A stretch of 58,702 nt of DNA, the filler included, from Gonapodya sp. JEL0774 (Eukaryota): the NCBI GenBank assembly GCA_027604505.1. It is 2 parts of 2 records of this genome, joined end to end, with 100 filler letters (N's around TTAATTAATTAA, not from the genome) between each part and the next. Parts side by side here need not be neighbours in the genome. Positions count along the whole stretch, not along the records: positions 1 to 29,400 come from JADIIX010000208.1; 1 more part is not named here. One strand, given 5' to 3'. This document shows positions 11,639-24,757 of the stretch, piece after piece; positions within the stretch are counted from its first letter, which is position 1; each line of letters starts with the position of its first letter. Made by a program: the position numbers and the translations under genes. The notes under the pieces are model-generated. The model had not been told where the DNA came from. It was given only the letters and a program-made list of their open reading frames with translations, and made no database searches.

Positions 11639-13459
11639 ATGGCGAAGGCAGACATAGATGCATTGGCGAAGCCTTTGACTCTGCCATGCGGCATCGTCGT
11701 GAAAAACAGAATTGTCAAGGCACCGCTGGTATGTTTCCTCGACTGGCGCTTACAAAATCCATCCACGGAACTCAGTACAATCCTAATCCCGCAGACTGAA
11801 TGTCTCGCCGATCCGCGGACCAATCTGCCAAACGAAAGACACTTCCGGCTGTACAGCCGGTGGTCTAAAGGTGGACTGGGAATGCTGGTCACTGGGAACG
11901 TAGCAATCGATCGGACAGCCATGGAAGCTGCCAGAAATGTGGCGTTGGAGGCTAGTGATGAGGTTAATCTTGCAGCTTATCAGCAGTATGCTAAGGCATG
12001 CAAGGAAGGTGGATGTCTGGCAATCGTTCAGGTGAGAAGATGAAAATGAAGTTGCTTGCTTAGAAAATCTTGATAGCTTTAGCTATGACGACGCACAAAC
12101 TTTCCGCTGATACAGCTGAGTCACGCCGGGAGGCAAACCCCCATTGCGGTCAACCCGAAACCGAAAGCCCCCTCGGACAAGAAACTCGCCATGCGTGGTG
12201 TACCTCCTAGCATTCTGTCTAACCCCGTGGCTATGACAACCGCCGACGTGGAACGCGTCCGCGAGCAGTTCATCATCTCGGCAAGCTTGTGTCACAAGGC
12301 GGGTTTTGATGGAGTGGAGATACACGCTGCGCACGGGTACTTGCTCTCCCAGTTCCTCTCTCCGCTTGTCAACATAGGGAGAACGGACAATTATGGGGGT
12401 AGCTTGGAGAACCGGATGCGGCTCCTTGAAGAGATTGTGGTCGGAGTGCGACAGGCATGCGGACCCCGGTTCATTGTCTCAGTGAAATTGAACTCGTCGG
12501 ATTTCCAAGAGCATGGTGCAACCGAACAAGATAATATCCGCGTTTTGGAGATGCTGGAAAAGAATGGGTGCGACTTTGTGGAAATCAGCGGGTACGTGTG
12601 GACAAGGGTTCCTGCAACTCATTTCAAAAGTACCAATCTCACTGTGACACCAAACGCACTGTCGCTACTCCCGTTATGGTTTCAGAGGTTCTTGTAAGTC
12701 ATCAGGTACATGTGAGCTTTTCACAATCGCGGGTTTAATGGTGCTTTTTCAGACGAAGCTCCAGCCATGGTCGGCATCATCCGCCGTGAGAGCACTCGGA
12801 AAAGAGAGGCTTTTTTCCTTGACTTTGCCGCCGAAGCTCGGAAGACCGTCAAGGCCATGCCCCTCATGATCACTGGAGGGTTCCGCACTCGCTCCGCTAT
12901 GGGTGAAGGTGTGATGAGAAAACTTTCCTACATGCACAACTGAGATTGAAGTCTAACGGAACCGATTTGTTCTCAGCTCTTCGTCAGGGTGAGGCTGACC
13001 TCATCGGTCTGGGTCGTCCCCTCTGCCTTCACCCAGACTTCCCGTCGCAGCTCCTCACGGACCCCTCACCCGATTTCAAAATGCCCACACCCAAGATCGA
13101 CTGGAATGAACTCCGTGCTACGAATCCAACGCATGGCTCGGTCGAATCTTTCTGGCACTCGGGGCAACTCCACAGGATGGCGGACGGACTCGACCCTGAC
13201 CAATTGATGGATGTCGCATTCTTTGCAAATGTTTGGGCACCAAGGCAGATGCTTTTCGAGCCCGCCACTTCTTTTCCGACGAATATTATATGGTGAGAGA
13301 CATTGTGGTTCACGTCATATGTCTGCAGCCTCGAAGGTGAACCCAAACATACTTTCCAGGGCGGTTGTTTGGCCAGTAAAACCCACCCACAGCGGTTTGC
13401 AGTTACTTCTGGTTGCGTCTGTCGTTGCGTATGTAGGAATTCTTATTGCAAAAAGATGA
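11639..13459 (+). CDS. NADH:flavin oxidoreductase (old yellow enzyme family) with predicted C-terminal membrane anchor
   Basis: KNRIVKAP, GMLVTGNV, QLSHAGRQ, GFDGVEIHAAHGYLLSQFLSP, RTDNYGGSLENRMR, ITGGFR, DLIGLGRP; last intron 13293-13359. Confidence 0.9.
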
Positions 13460-13604
13460 TAGACTTGATTCGAATATATGTGTGACGGTTTGTTGGGATG
13501 TGCCGGACATCCGGCATGACCCTCGCCCACCACAGGTCATAAAGACCTTCTTGTTTCCTCTCACGCTTGATCTCATTATTGCCCACCTCTCTCATTACTG
13601 TACA

Positions 13605-14987
13605 ATGGATCAATTCCCACCATCTCAGGAAGAACCCTCCCCTGTTAGCGCGCGACCTGGAGACCAAGATACCCCAAGACCCAATGCTGATGAAGAATTA
13701 AGTTTGTCAGCTATTGGAAGTGACCGGGTGGAACGTTTGAGAGCTCAATGCGCAGCATTGGGTTTGGACTCTCGTAGGGTTTCATGCGATCCCCTGAATT
13801 CACTGAAGGGCTCCCTGAAGCTCGATGACTCTGAACAGGTGGCAACAAGCACGCACTTAAAGTACGATTAAGAAAACATTTAAAACAGGAACATATTCGA
13901 CGGGAATCGGATATTGGGAGAAATCCCCACGTCCCCAATGGATCTGATTCAGCAGAGAGCACGACGAATGTCGATGGAACTCAGTCTGACTCCTCGCTCG
14001 ATGCTGAACTAGAACTGTCGAAAGCTGGACGCATTCTGAAATCCAGAAAGCGACAAAAGAAGTTGGTAACCATCTCTCCTAACTTCTGCTTGCCTCGGCG
14101 TGTTGCGCACCAAAATTTGTTATTCTCCTAGGAAGCAACCATTTGAATGGTATCTTGTGTTTGATGTCGAGGCCACCTGTGATAAAGGCTCAGACTACCC
14201 AAATGAGATAATTGAGGTAAGAATAGCTGTGCACGAGTGCTTTCTAGCGCGAAACTCCGTACTGAATAGTATGTGTGCTTTTCTAGTTTCCCGTCGTGTT
14301 GATATGCGCTCGTACTCTTGATATTGTGGACGAGTTTCATTCATACGTCCGACCCACAATCAATCCGAATCTGAGCGAATTCTGCACTTCACTCACGGGG
14401 ATTCAACAGGTAAGCTCGTTGAATGTGTCGATCTCCATGCGCCATAGCGGTAATGAGAAAAGAGTGCTTACTATTCGACCTCTGGTAGTCCACAGTGGAT
14501 TCCGCACCAGTCTTTACCACAGTCATCGAACGATTTGAGGAGTGGATGTCGCAGTATGACAAAATGCCTTTTCGGTCAGCACGCTTTCTCACGGATGGTC
14601 CTTGGGATCTGCGTGATTTTATCCGGAAGCAGTGCACTTGGAGTCAAATCGAGCGCCCCGTGTACATGCGGCGTTGGGTGGATCTCCGAAAACGATTTGC
14701 AACTGTAGTTGAGGTTGGTGCAGCTTCGCATATAAGGTTTGTGTAGTCTTTAAAGGCCCTTCTTCTCCCGCCCCCGCCTTCCCTCTAAGCTTCCCACCAA
14801 ACGCCGCCCAAATCTCGCTGGCATGCTGAAACATTACGGAATGGAATTCGAAGGTCGACCGCACAGTGGTATCGATGACGCCCGAAACATTGCCCGAGTG
14901 GCGATTCGTATGATGCGTGCGGGTATTAACTTCTCGGAGAACGGTCTTGAAAGGGATGCGGAATTGAACAGCACCGGAGATGCATAA
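13605..14987 (+). CDS. ERI1: ERI1-family DEDDh 3'-5' exoribonuclease with SAP-like N-terminal segment
   Basis: VFDVEATC..YPNEIIEFP, FHSYVRPTINPNLSEFCTSLTGI, TDGPWD, FEGRPHSGIDDARNIA. Confidence 0.9.
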
Positions 14988-15228
14988 ACAATAATGCTTT
15001 TATTCTCCTGCGCTTCTTCTTTTCAGTCTCGGGTCTGCTTCCTCTCTGCCGCTTCCAATTATGTCGATAGTGTAATCGACTTTTGCCAGCCCAGTCACGT
15101 GGTGTACATCTGGAAACATATGATATTCTGTGGCGAACAAAAAATTAATATTACTAAAGCTGGAATACTGTATCGTTTCCGGTTTACAGAGTCATCACAT
15201 AACTATACGAGAAGTTTATCCTAGAGTA

Positions 15229-18200
15229 TTAACATTGGGGCACACCGGCTCCCACTGGCCTTGACACTCCGAAACACTCCACCGCCACTCCAGAGGGGAG
15301 AACTTCATTGTCGTTGGAACCTTCCTTCTTTGGGGAAACCAACCCCACATGGATTGGCGGCGGGCTGGCGGCGCGGCTGATGTGGGGAGACGCACGTGGT
15401 GTGAGCTCATCATCTAAGCATTCTAGTGCATCATCTGCCTGAGATGCAGTATGAAGTGCAGCCAGCACTTGAGCATATGGCGACCCGTTGCGGCCATGTT
15501 GGACTTGCTCCTGTGTTAATTGTGAATGGGAGGTCATCGAGTCAACCAACACTTGTGGATCACCCCCAACAGATGAAGTATCAAAGTCTTCTTCGTAACT
15601 AATTTGATAGGAAAGTGACTTATGACAGACCCACTCCGTGGATATCCGACAGGAAATGCACTCACCCTTCTGGGAGAACACTTCGGGGACACCACTTGCT
15701 CACAGCCCACGCCCACTCGTGCGCCTTTTCCTTTGATTCGGCAAAAATGTACATTTTGTCGTCGGAGATAATTTGGTCAAGCCACTCAGCACGTTGAGAA
15801 GCTGAGAAATCATCGTCGAAATCACTCTCGCTTCCCAGCGATTCCGTCGGCATTTGAGGTCGACGGTGAACTGCCGGTGATACACTACTTCTGAAGGTGT
15901 TCCTAGAACGTGAGAAGCGGAATATGATTCCAGGATGACCCCCCATAAAATCCAGGTCCACGCCGGAAGGTTTTGATATGGCCACTAAATCTTCGAGTGG
16001 TACAGAGCACAACACTCGATTCTTTGGACAGACATTTAGACTTCACGCACTCAATGCCGACTCAACCACTCCATAGCACTCCAACGCACCTCTCGATAAT
16101 CTATATCGCAAAACTTGAAGCCGTCCCTGCGTACAAATGCCCAACATCGCTTCTGCTTGTGGAATTTGTGGTTGAAGACATTAATGAATCCTTCGTAATG
16201 CGGGATATTTGCCTGTCACGGACGGTTTTATCACAATGAAAGCAAAACTCGATGATAGCTGCAGTAGGCTTACCTCAAAGTCGCCCTCGTCGCCCTCTTC
16301 TTGCTCCTGGGGGGTTATTCCGTCTTCCAATCCGTTTGAGGCTTTTACTCCTTCGCTAGCCACAACAGGCTGCCTCTCCTCGTCCAAAACGACACCGATC
16401 TGCAGCCTCACAACAACGTCCTTGACCTTTCGCCCTCCATTGATGAGATGACCCCCGTCAGGAATTTTCTTGTTGGCCTCTACCCTTTTGTTCACGATAA
16501 ATGATCCAACAACCACTTCCTGCGCCTGAGTCGACTGATATTTGTCTGCGGATCCCCCAACCCCACCGCCTGACATAAGTCGGGAGAAGAAGCGAGAGCC
16601 ACGAGAGCGAGAGTTGTTAGGAAAGCCCACTACAGTAATAGCTGCATTCATGGAAAAGTGGGCGAGACGGACGTGATCGGGAGGCGCGTCACTAAAATAA
16701 TGCTCATGAGCATCATGTTTCAATTTCCAAAAGAAACTGAACGCACAAAAGAAATCCCTCTTTGAAATCAGCGACCATTTCTTTCCCCTTTGCTTGACTC
16801 TTGGCGACAACTGTCGATCGCTCTTGGGAACCAACACGGACTTTAACCTGTATTTCATTGCCTGTGTGCAGCAGAGTTACCGAGAAACCAAACAGTGTTC
16901 ACTGACTGACAAGGGTTCTATTACAAGCCCAAATTCCCTTACATTTGTGGCCGCTTCGTGTTCGCACGTCAAGAACTATGATAAACGGCAAAGTATTTTC
17001 ATTCGCTAAGTTTGAGTGATGACAAAAAGGTCCTGCTTACCTTGAACAAAATATCGCGCAACAGCCTTAGTGGCTTGCAGAGGCAGATCTGCGGATGTCA
17101 CCTCCACCACAGTCCTGCAACCAAAATGGGAATTCAGATTTGGGCCGCATTACGAATTATAGGCGACGGCAACTCTCATGTCTAAGGAAGCCTTCCACGA
17201 CAAGCTCCTTCGCAACTCACGTAAATCCTACTTTCTTCCCCCCGTGACCTTTTCCGAAAGACATGAGAGACTTCACAGAGCCATATTTTCCTGCATCGTT
17301 TCTTGATAGAGCGAGTTTTCCCCATGCACCGTGTTTCTCGTTCGTTGCCGTTCCATTTACGTCTTGGTGTGCATCAGCGAGGTTCTCCACGCGGCGCGGC
17401 TCGTATGCTCGGATCCAATTATCACGGACCATATCGTCGTATTGGCGAAAAAGCCCGCCGGCGTACTTAACTTGTGCCTTAATTGATGGGGTTTCTGCGG
17501 ATGATGGCGAAAGCTGAGCTTCTGTGTCCGAGCCAGCGCCTTCATTATTAGTTTGGCGATATGTATCCCCAGATATATTGTCCGCAGGAATTGTAGTGGG
17601 ATCTACCCAGTCATCTGCATGGCACCAATTCCACAGATGGAAAGAGATGGGAGTGTCCATGGTAATTGTGTCTGAGAGATGCAAGACTGACAGTGGAATC
17701 GCAGAGTAGTCAATACAACCAGCCTGAGGAGTCCTATTGATGCCAAAAGCGGAGCAAATGGACTCGGCAATAGAAAAATGTGTGATGCCGGAAACAACCG
17801 ATCCATTGCTCGCCTGTCGACTATGCAAGCGGCTCGTATTCCCGTAGGTTCGATTAATCTCGACTGTAAGGGGAAGGCGTGTTGATGTTGCTGACACAGC
17901 TGGTGTCGTCTCGGCGGCGGTAACGGTGGGAGAGGATGAACGAGCAACATCAGCGTGTGATCCCATGGAGGTAAGACCAAGGCGAGTAGCGAGAGGAGGC
18001 AGAGCTTCGTTTCCAAAATCTGATATTCCATTCATCAATGTTGCACTGGAATCTATCACCGACATAGGACGCGGTGGAGGAAGTGCGCCGTAGAAACTAG
18101 ATGTCGGTTTGGAAACAAAGTAAGAATGGGGTCTACGGAACGCGAGCGGGCGCCCGCCAACAGGAGGAGGTTTTGCAGCATCATTCAAGTTTGAGTTTAG

Positions 18201-18254
18201 AGGCACTGCGACTGAATGTGTCGACGGATTCGGAGAAAGAGGAGTGTCGGGCAT
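15229..18254 (-). CDS. Multi-exon protein with a C-terminal PH-like domain
   Basis: Long first exon (MPDTPLSP...); PH-type terminal helix MYIFAESKEKAHEWAWAV; several GT-AG-bounded exons; 3' end less certain. Confidence 0.6.
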
Positions 18255-18517
18255 CTGACGCGATGAGCTGCACGGCGGCGGTAGAATCAAACACACAAAG
18301 AGAGGATGGAAGGCGACAATGAGTTGAATGCTTTGCCGCGGTTAAGTCGAGAGAGGGTCAATTTGAAGCGGGTTCCATGCAATGGAAGTGAAGTGATGGG
18401 GTCAGTCCAGCAAGAAGCTCGAAACGCGACATTGAACGGCAACAGAAAACGAACAATGCACTATGCAATTGCGGGACAACTGTCCTAAAAGTACAAAAAA
18501 ACTAGTTCAATGTAAAT

Positions 18518-20082
18518 CTAAGAGTCTCTTGAACCGCCCCATATCCAATTCGACAGAGACCGCACCATTCCTGGATTCGAGTCAGAATCCTCTCCTGCTT
18601 GAAACTGCGTGGCCTCACCTGCCCTGGAACGCCCAGACGGATTCCCAGGGGCTGTTTCGCCGGCTTCGGAATCTTCTACATTAACCCCGACCCGACAAAT
18701 CGGACATGTTGCATTGGTCTTCAGCCATGTCACTACGCACTCTGAGTGAAATCGATGAAGGCATCGTGGGAGGACAACGAGCTCGGCTCCCGCTGTGAAA
18801 TCCTCCATACAGATACTGCATTTAGAGTAAGACGGATCCGTGATCGTGCTTGAGGAGGACGAAGAACCCAACCCTTCAGAAGTAGAGAGGGATGTTGATG
18901 GTTTGGAGGGAGGGGTGTATTTCGTGGTGGGGAGTGACGCAAGCTGTTCCGCTGTAGCGCCACGGGGGACTGCAGGTCCAATGCGTTCGGCTAGAGCAAG
19001 CATTTCCTGGTACGGATGCATTTAACAAGAAAGTTGAGTGGTGAGGCACTGAGATCACTTACGAACAAAAAAGCCTCCCTTCTCACCTCATATGACATTG
19101 GGACCTCTCCTACCATGCTCCCTCCGAGTTCTTCCCCAAATCTGCCAGCTAGCAATGGCCCTAGGCCACTTCTCCAAGTGTCAAAATTGTCCCTCGTGAC
19201 AGTGAAGTCTTCACCGCCTCCAAATCGAATGTTGATTCCGGAACCACCTCCAAGCGGATGGAAAAGGTTGAAAGGGTCGGTGGGGTCATTGAAGCGACGG
19301 CGACGACCCGGTGATTGCATTCCATTGACAAAGAACGGGTCGCCAAAGGGAGCCATCGAGGAACTACCTCCCAACATGGAACTGAGAAGCAAAGATCTAG
19401 GGTCCATTAAAGGACGAAGAGGTGGTGGCCGGCGAGGTGGCGATGAAGAGAAAAGAGAGGTGTGATCTTCCCCGTTTTCTTCGTCCTGGAGCTGCCGTGC
19501 CATGAGCTCGTCAAGTTGTTGTTGTGTAGGGGCTGTACTCCTTGTTGACGGTTCGTGCTCAGCCCTTCCACCACTTGACGTGGAACCACCTATCCGCGGA
19601 CTATGATTTGGAGCCTCCCAGCCTCTTCTTTGCGTCATTTCCGGTTCTTGTCGACGCCGTTCGCCAAAATGACGCTGCTCCCAAGTTCGAGCATCCACCT
19701 GCGGGGGGGTGGACCCAGTTTCACCTCTATCGGGCAAGGATTGTGCATAATCTGATGCTCGGTCATCGACAAACGATCCAGGCATGGAATGGTCGGAGTC
19801 GTTCATGTCCACGTCACCATCATCGGAGGAGCGAGGTGCGTTTTCTAAGCCCGAAAACTCTCGCTGCTCCCTAAAATATGCCTCGTCCTCTTCCTTTTGA
19901 AGTCGCTGAGCCAAGAGGAAGTCTGCGTCCTCACTGGGCGGTACAGGAGGAGGGTTCGCAGCCGCGAAGGTGTTGCTTGCCATCGTGTGGGATGGCTGGG
20001 ACGATCGTGGAGAAGTTACGTCACCCGTCTCCCTTTGTCGCATGCGTTCGCGGTACTCTGCAAGTTGTGATTGAGAGTCCAT
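18518..20082 (-). CDS. RING-H2 E3 ubiquitin ligase with two MIU-like ubiquitin-binding helices
   Basis: CSICMEDF..LPRCLHRFHSECVVTWLKTNATCPICR; MSYE|EMLALAERIG motif; DFLLAQRLQKEED and DELMARQLQDEE; one intron near 19007-19086. Confidence 0.9.
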
Positions 20083-20345
20083 TCTAACGAAGTCCGAGAG
20101 TGAAGAAACTCCGGCCAGAGCTGTAATACGCAACAAGTGACCCGTGCAGCTGAGGGTTTAGAACTGAGCTGAGGGTTATACAAGAGAAGTAGATGCTTTT
20201 TGATTGAAGTTTGGGGAGGATATGCACAGGTGTATGAATGCCGGTGTGTACACGTAAACCGAGAGAGGAAGATGTGGAAGGTCTGCTGAGGATTCATCGC
20301 GTTCCATATACTTCCAACAACTTCCACTCCCTCCACGTATTATAT

Positions 20346-22133
20346 TTACACTTTCCTTTTTTTCGCAACAATAGCGACATTCCTTGGAGAAATTTCAGGC
20401 TCCACATAGGGATACATGCGGATGTCACAGTCGTCTCCAACCGATGCCAAGAGCCATCTCAACCTATCTACCAGCACCACACTCTCGAAAACCAGTCCCA
20501 TAACTTTTTGCAGTGCAGCATACGCCATTATTTCCCCACGGCGTGGGAGGAGATTATCGTGGTACGCAAGGAGTTGCGAATCGAGGAGGTCTAAGGGGAC
20601 GTCAATGCGACGACAGGATTCGCGGACGTAAGTTGGAAATGTAGAATAGGCGGAGTCAGGGAGCTTGCGAATGCGCGCTGAAGTGGGGCCGATATTGAGA
20701 TCGTGGAAGATGACCTTGAAAATAAAGCAAGTTGTGCCGGATCGTGTTTGCGGAGGAACGGAGGAAAACTGGTGCAAGGAAAGAGAACGAAATACGCACA
20801 TCAAGAATGGCTCTAAAAAAGAGCTTTTGAAATGTCAACTCTGTTTCGTTGATATCATCACTCCATCGCGCAACGTTCTCTGGAAATAGACGATGAAGCA
20901 AACCATGCAAACCCACATAAACATAACTCATATCCCTAGACGCGCTGCAAAGATTGCTCTTCATACTTACGATTAGCGAGGGACTTCCCATCTCTATCCA
21001 GATCGAACCCGTGGGTCCGAAGACATTCGGACAGAGGGAAGCCGGAACTAGTGAGCAAATTGTAGCAACAGCCGACATTCACTGTGGCATAAACCTGGTC
21101 GGTGTTGACGAAAGAGCGGAGGGCAGTTATGGCAAGGTCACTGACAGATCCGTTGTTTGTGAGAGGTGTACGATTCTGCACTTTAAGATGGACTCCTCAC
21201 CCACAAGTATCTGAATGGTCGTAAAGAAAATTGTTGTATTTTTAGCTTACAAAGACTTAAAGTTCATACCGTTGCCTGCAAGGCAAGCAACCACCACTCA
21301 CGGAGGCCAACGACCACCAATGGCACCGCTCCCTCTGCTGAAAACTCTTGAACCACCGCCTTCCAATCATCTGAGTTCGTCAAAGTCCTCTGCACGTAAT
21401 GCAAGTCCAGCCCATCTTTACTTGCAGGGATTGTTGCGCTGGGATCCCCACTCCCTCCTGCGCGTCGTCGAGCGCCTGCGGTCTGCACAGGACTGCTGTC
21501 AACACCAATAACTCTGCATTTCATGTCTTGTGCGAGACGGCGGGTAAGATAGCCTTGGCCACACCCAAAGTCAATGATGATGGGGCTTGCATTGTTTGCC
21601 GAGGCAGGTGCGATGACAGCTGCATTATGAGCGGGGGCTTTTTCCATTCCAAAGACTGAGGCAGCGACTTGTGCGATGAGAGAAGCCAGGGCATCGACTT
21701 CTGCGACCTTTTTGGGCTTCATACCCGTGGGATTTCCTGAGAGCCGAAGGCAGTCTTCTGACCGCGCCTGAGCTGTTTGAGGCGGATTGAAGTCCAAAGA
21801 AACTTGCCCGATTCCACGTACAAAAGCCTCCAGCGACGAGGGCCATCCAGGCACCGTCTGTCGTCGACTTGCGAGATCTGCAAGAATCTGAGAAGAGCAT
21901 ACGGATTCATCACACAATGCAAGTTTCCACGATGGAGGAAGGCCCTCTATGGGATCATCTGTTTCATGGAATTCTTCGCTTCCGTTCCAGTTGTCATTCA
22001 AAAAAGGAAGTGGGCGCCATCTGTAGACACGATGATATTTCAGAATAAAAGAAGATGCGGCGAGGAGGAAGCGATCGATTGATTCAAGTGAAATTGGGCG
22101 CTGGTAGGATGATGGGAGTGGCAAGATATCCAT
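20346..22133 (-). CDS. METTL25/RRNAD1-like SAM-dependent methyltransferase (Methyltransf_32)
   Basis: MKPKKVAEV, IIDFGCGQGYL, GLHTCGDL (completed by a 10-nt exon), NVGCCYNLL, ESVVLVDR, ISPRNVAIVAKK. Confidence 0.88.
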
Positions 22134-22272
22134 GTGATTGGAACGTAAAACGCGGAGCACCAAACTCGTATACAAAGAAGGGATGACATTTTACCCGATG
22201 AACCGACACCAGGTTTGCAGAGATTACGGTTGAGAACCTCCTGGGTATCGGCGCCAAGCTGCCTGAATAACA

Positions 22273-24308
22273 ATGGAGGATTCTAATACTCCATCTATCC
22301 ACGCACCCAAACCTCGCGCTGGAGGCAGAGCATCTTCTTCAGGAAACCTCCTCGATGTTCCTGGTACTCATCTCTCTCCCATGGGTCGTACTCTGACTCC
22401 AGCACCCGCCACATGGCCTGGTGATTTGATGTTTTTCCCCTTGAGTGATGGCTTTCACGATCTCAGTCTTCCGTCTCGCTTGACAGTTCGATCCGAGTCG
22501 CCGGACGTAATATCTTGGCACAGTGGCGGCAATGAACCGGATCGCTTACCACCTACCTCTCATCTTCACCCACGAGCTGGCTCAGTGGACATGGCGAGAC
22601 CTTATGAAGGCGCGAATGTGCACCAGCCTCCACAGTCCTTTGCAGATGCGGCTTCTACGTTGCGTCTTGTCGGACACGCAGCCAGGCACTATCGGACGTT
22701 CCATCATGCCCACGAGGTTAGTTGAAGTTTCTTGCCAGTGCTCTTCACGTGATGCCTCATATATTTATGCACTTTCACCAACAATCCACAAATCCTCCTC
22801 ACAAATAGGAAGCTCCCTTACCGCCACCACAGAAGCCACCCATTACTCCACCTCCCGTACGGGCCATCCCCGATGACACCAAGGCATCGTCGTCGGAGCA
22901 TGCACCGCCATATTTACCTTCACATAAACCTGCCCCAACTCCACAAGAACTGAGCGCAACATACAAGTTGGCCTTTGAAGACCATGATTTCTTGATGAGT
23001 GAAGAATTGAGGCATAGTATGTGTTTGGAGAGGACACTGGATAATCAGCAGCCCCAGTCTCACAATCCACAATGGATAGTTCGTCTGCAGCTTGAACACC
23101 TCAAGGTCGAAAAGGTGCTTAAAGAGAAGGGCATTGAATCGACGGGTTCGTGGCATTACTACGCATGGGCTACTTCTGTGTTCATTCACTCACTCACCCA
23201 CACCAACCTCGTTCAGTCGTGATCTTCGGTTCTGCTCGAATCCGTCCCGCTGTACCGATTCAGCAGAAGATCGGTGAACTCACTGCCTCCATCGAGCGCT
23301 TGACCTCATCCGCAGATGGTGCTGACCAAGAAACTCTGCACACACTGCGTGCAGAGCTCCTCACGCAGCAGAGACTCTTGCCATTGTCCAAGTATTACGA
23401 TCAAGCAAGAGAATTAGGTTTGTTTGGTAGAGAGGTGCTCGACATGTTATGTGCTGTTTTCGTGAATCTGCTCGCGCATTTGTTTTGCTCCTGTTGTCAT
23501 AATACAGGACGAATCGTGACACGAGCGAGCGACCGGCATGGAATGGTCGTGGTCACGGGAGGAGGGCCCGGAATCATGGAAGGCGCGGTGGGTGGCGTCA
23601 TGGAAACCTCTTTTGGCAGTGCACCGATTCCAACAAAGATATGTGTCATTAGAATCATGGTGCACACGATGCCCAGGGATACTCCGTCGGCTTGAATATA
23701 GTTCTACCGCACGAGCAGCACCCCAACCCATACGTCACCCCCGAACTGTGCTTTTCGTTCCACTACTTTTCCATGCGGAAGATGCACTTCTTACAGAGAG
23801 CGAGGGCATTAGTGGCGTTCCCTGGTGGGTTATTCGAGTTTATCTTGTTCTGCTGATGAACAACTGGCATATGCTTTGGCTCCTATCAAAAATGAACCAT
23901 AGGTGGCTGGGGAACCTTTGATGAGTTGTTTGAATGTTTGACGCTGATGTGAGTATCAACGATGAAATTGCCGAAACATTCGGTTTGGGACGGACCAACT
24001 ATCAAACTGATGAAAATCGGCAAGCCAAACCAAAAAAATGCGACGTATTCCCGTCCTGCTCTTTGGTCGTGAATTTTGGGACAAGGTGGTGCGTTGGGAC
24101 GGGTTCGTGGAGACGGTGAGTACTGAGTGTTGTGACGCAACAAGTTGTCCGAGTGACACAGCCGCAGCTCACGACGATGCCAACCACGCCACAGGGAGTC
24201 ATTGCACCAGATGATCTGCAACTTTTTCACTTTGTGGAGACGGCTGACGACGCGTGGCGGGTGATTTGCAACTTTTACGAGAATGCCGGGACAAACACAG
24301 AGAAGTGA
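22273..24308 (+). CDS. LOG-family (TIGR00730) nucleotide monophosphate phosphoribohydrolase, bacterial type-II-like, with N-terminal extension
   Basis: YKLAFEDHDFLMSEELRHIRLQLE, VVIFGSAR, VTGGGPGIME, EQHPNPYVTPELCFSFHYFSMRKMHF, FPGGWGTFDE. Confidence 0.9.
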
Positions 24309-24757
24309 CCCATTTTTAACGAAGAAGCAAATCTGATCTATTGGGGCAAGGAATGGAAACTATGTTCGATTGAAAATAAAAGGAAACATTGCGGATATGT
24401 CCGCGTTCACATGGTGTGGGACCCAAGCCCGCCAATGCTTCAGATTTCTGCCCTGTGGTCGTAACACCGTCGATGTGTTTTGAAAGCCGAATAATATTCC
24501 CAACTTGGCCCTCTGCAGCCGTGCTTGGCAGTCTCAACCTGGCACTAAGATCTCTGGTTCGTGCACGTTGCAAGGATTCGTAAAGTTTCAGCCGTCATGG
24601 AAGTATCCGCTGGACTATTGAGCTTTGCAGAAACTCATTAAGAGGGATATGTTCAGGAACTGTTCTCCTCACTGAGCAAGGGACTGGACGCACCAACTGC
24701 AGTATTTGGGGGGCTCCGAATGATTTATGTACATTCAAAAAGAGCAATTAAAACTGG

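Noticed and set aside
8904..13459. Thioesterase plus OYE as a secondary-metabolite cluster
   Set aside because: No PKS/NRPS or other backbone enzyme in the window
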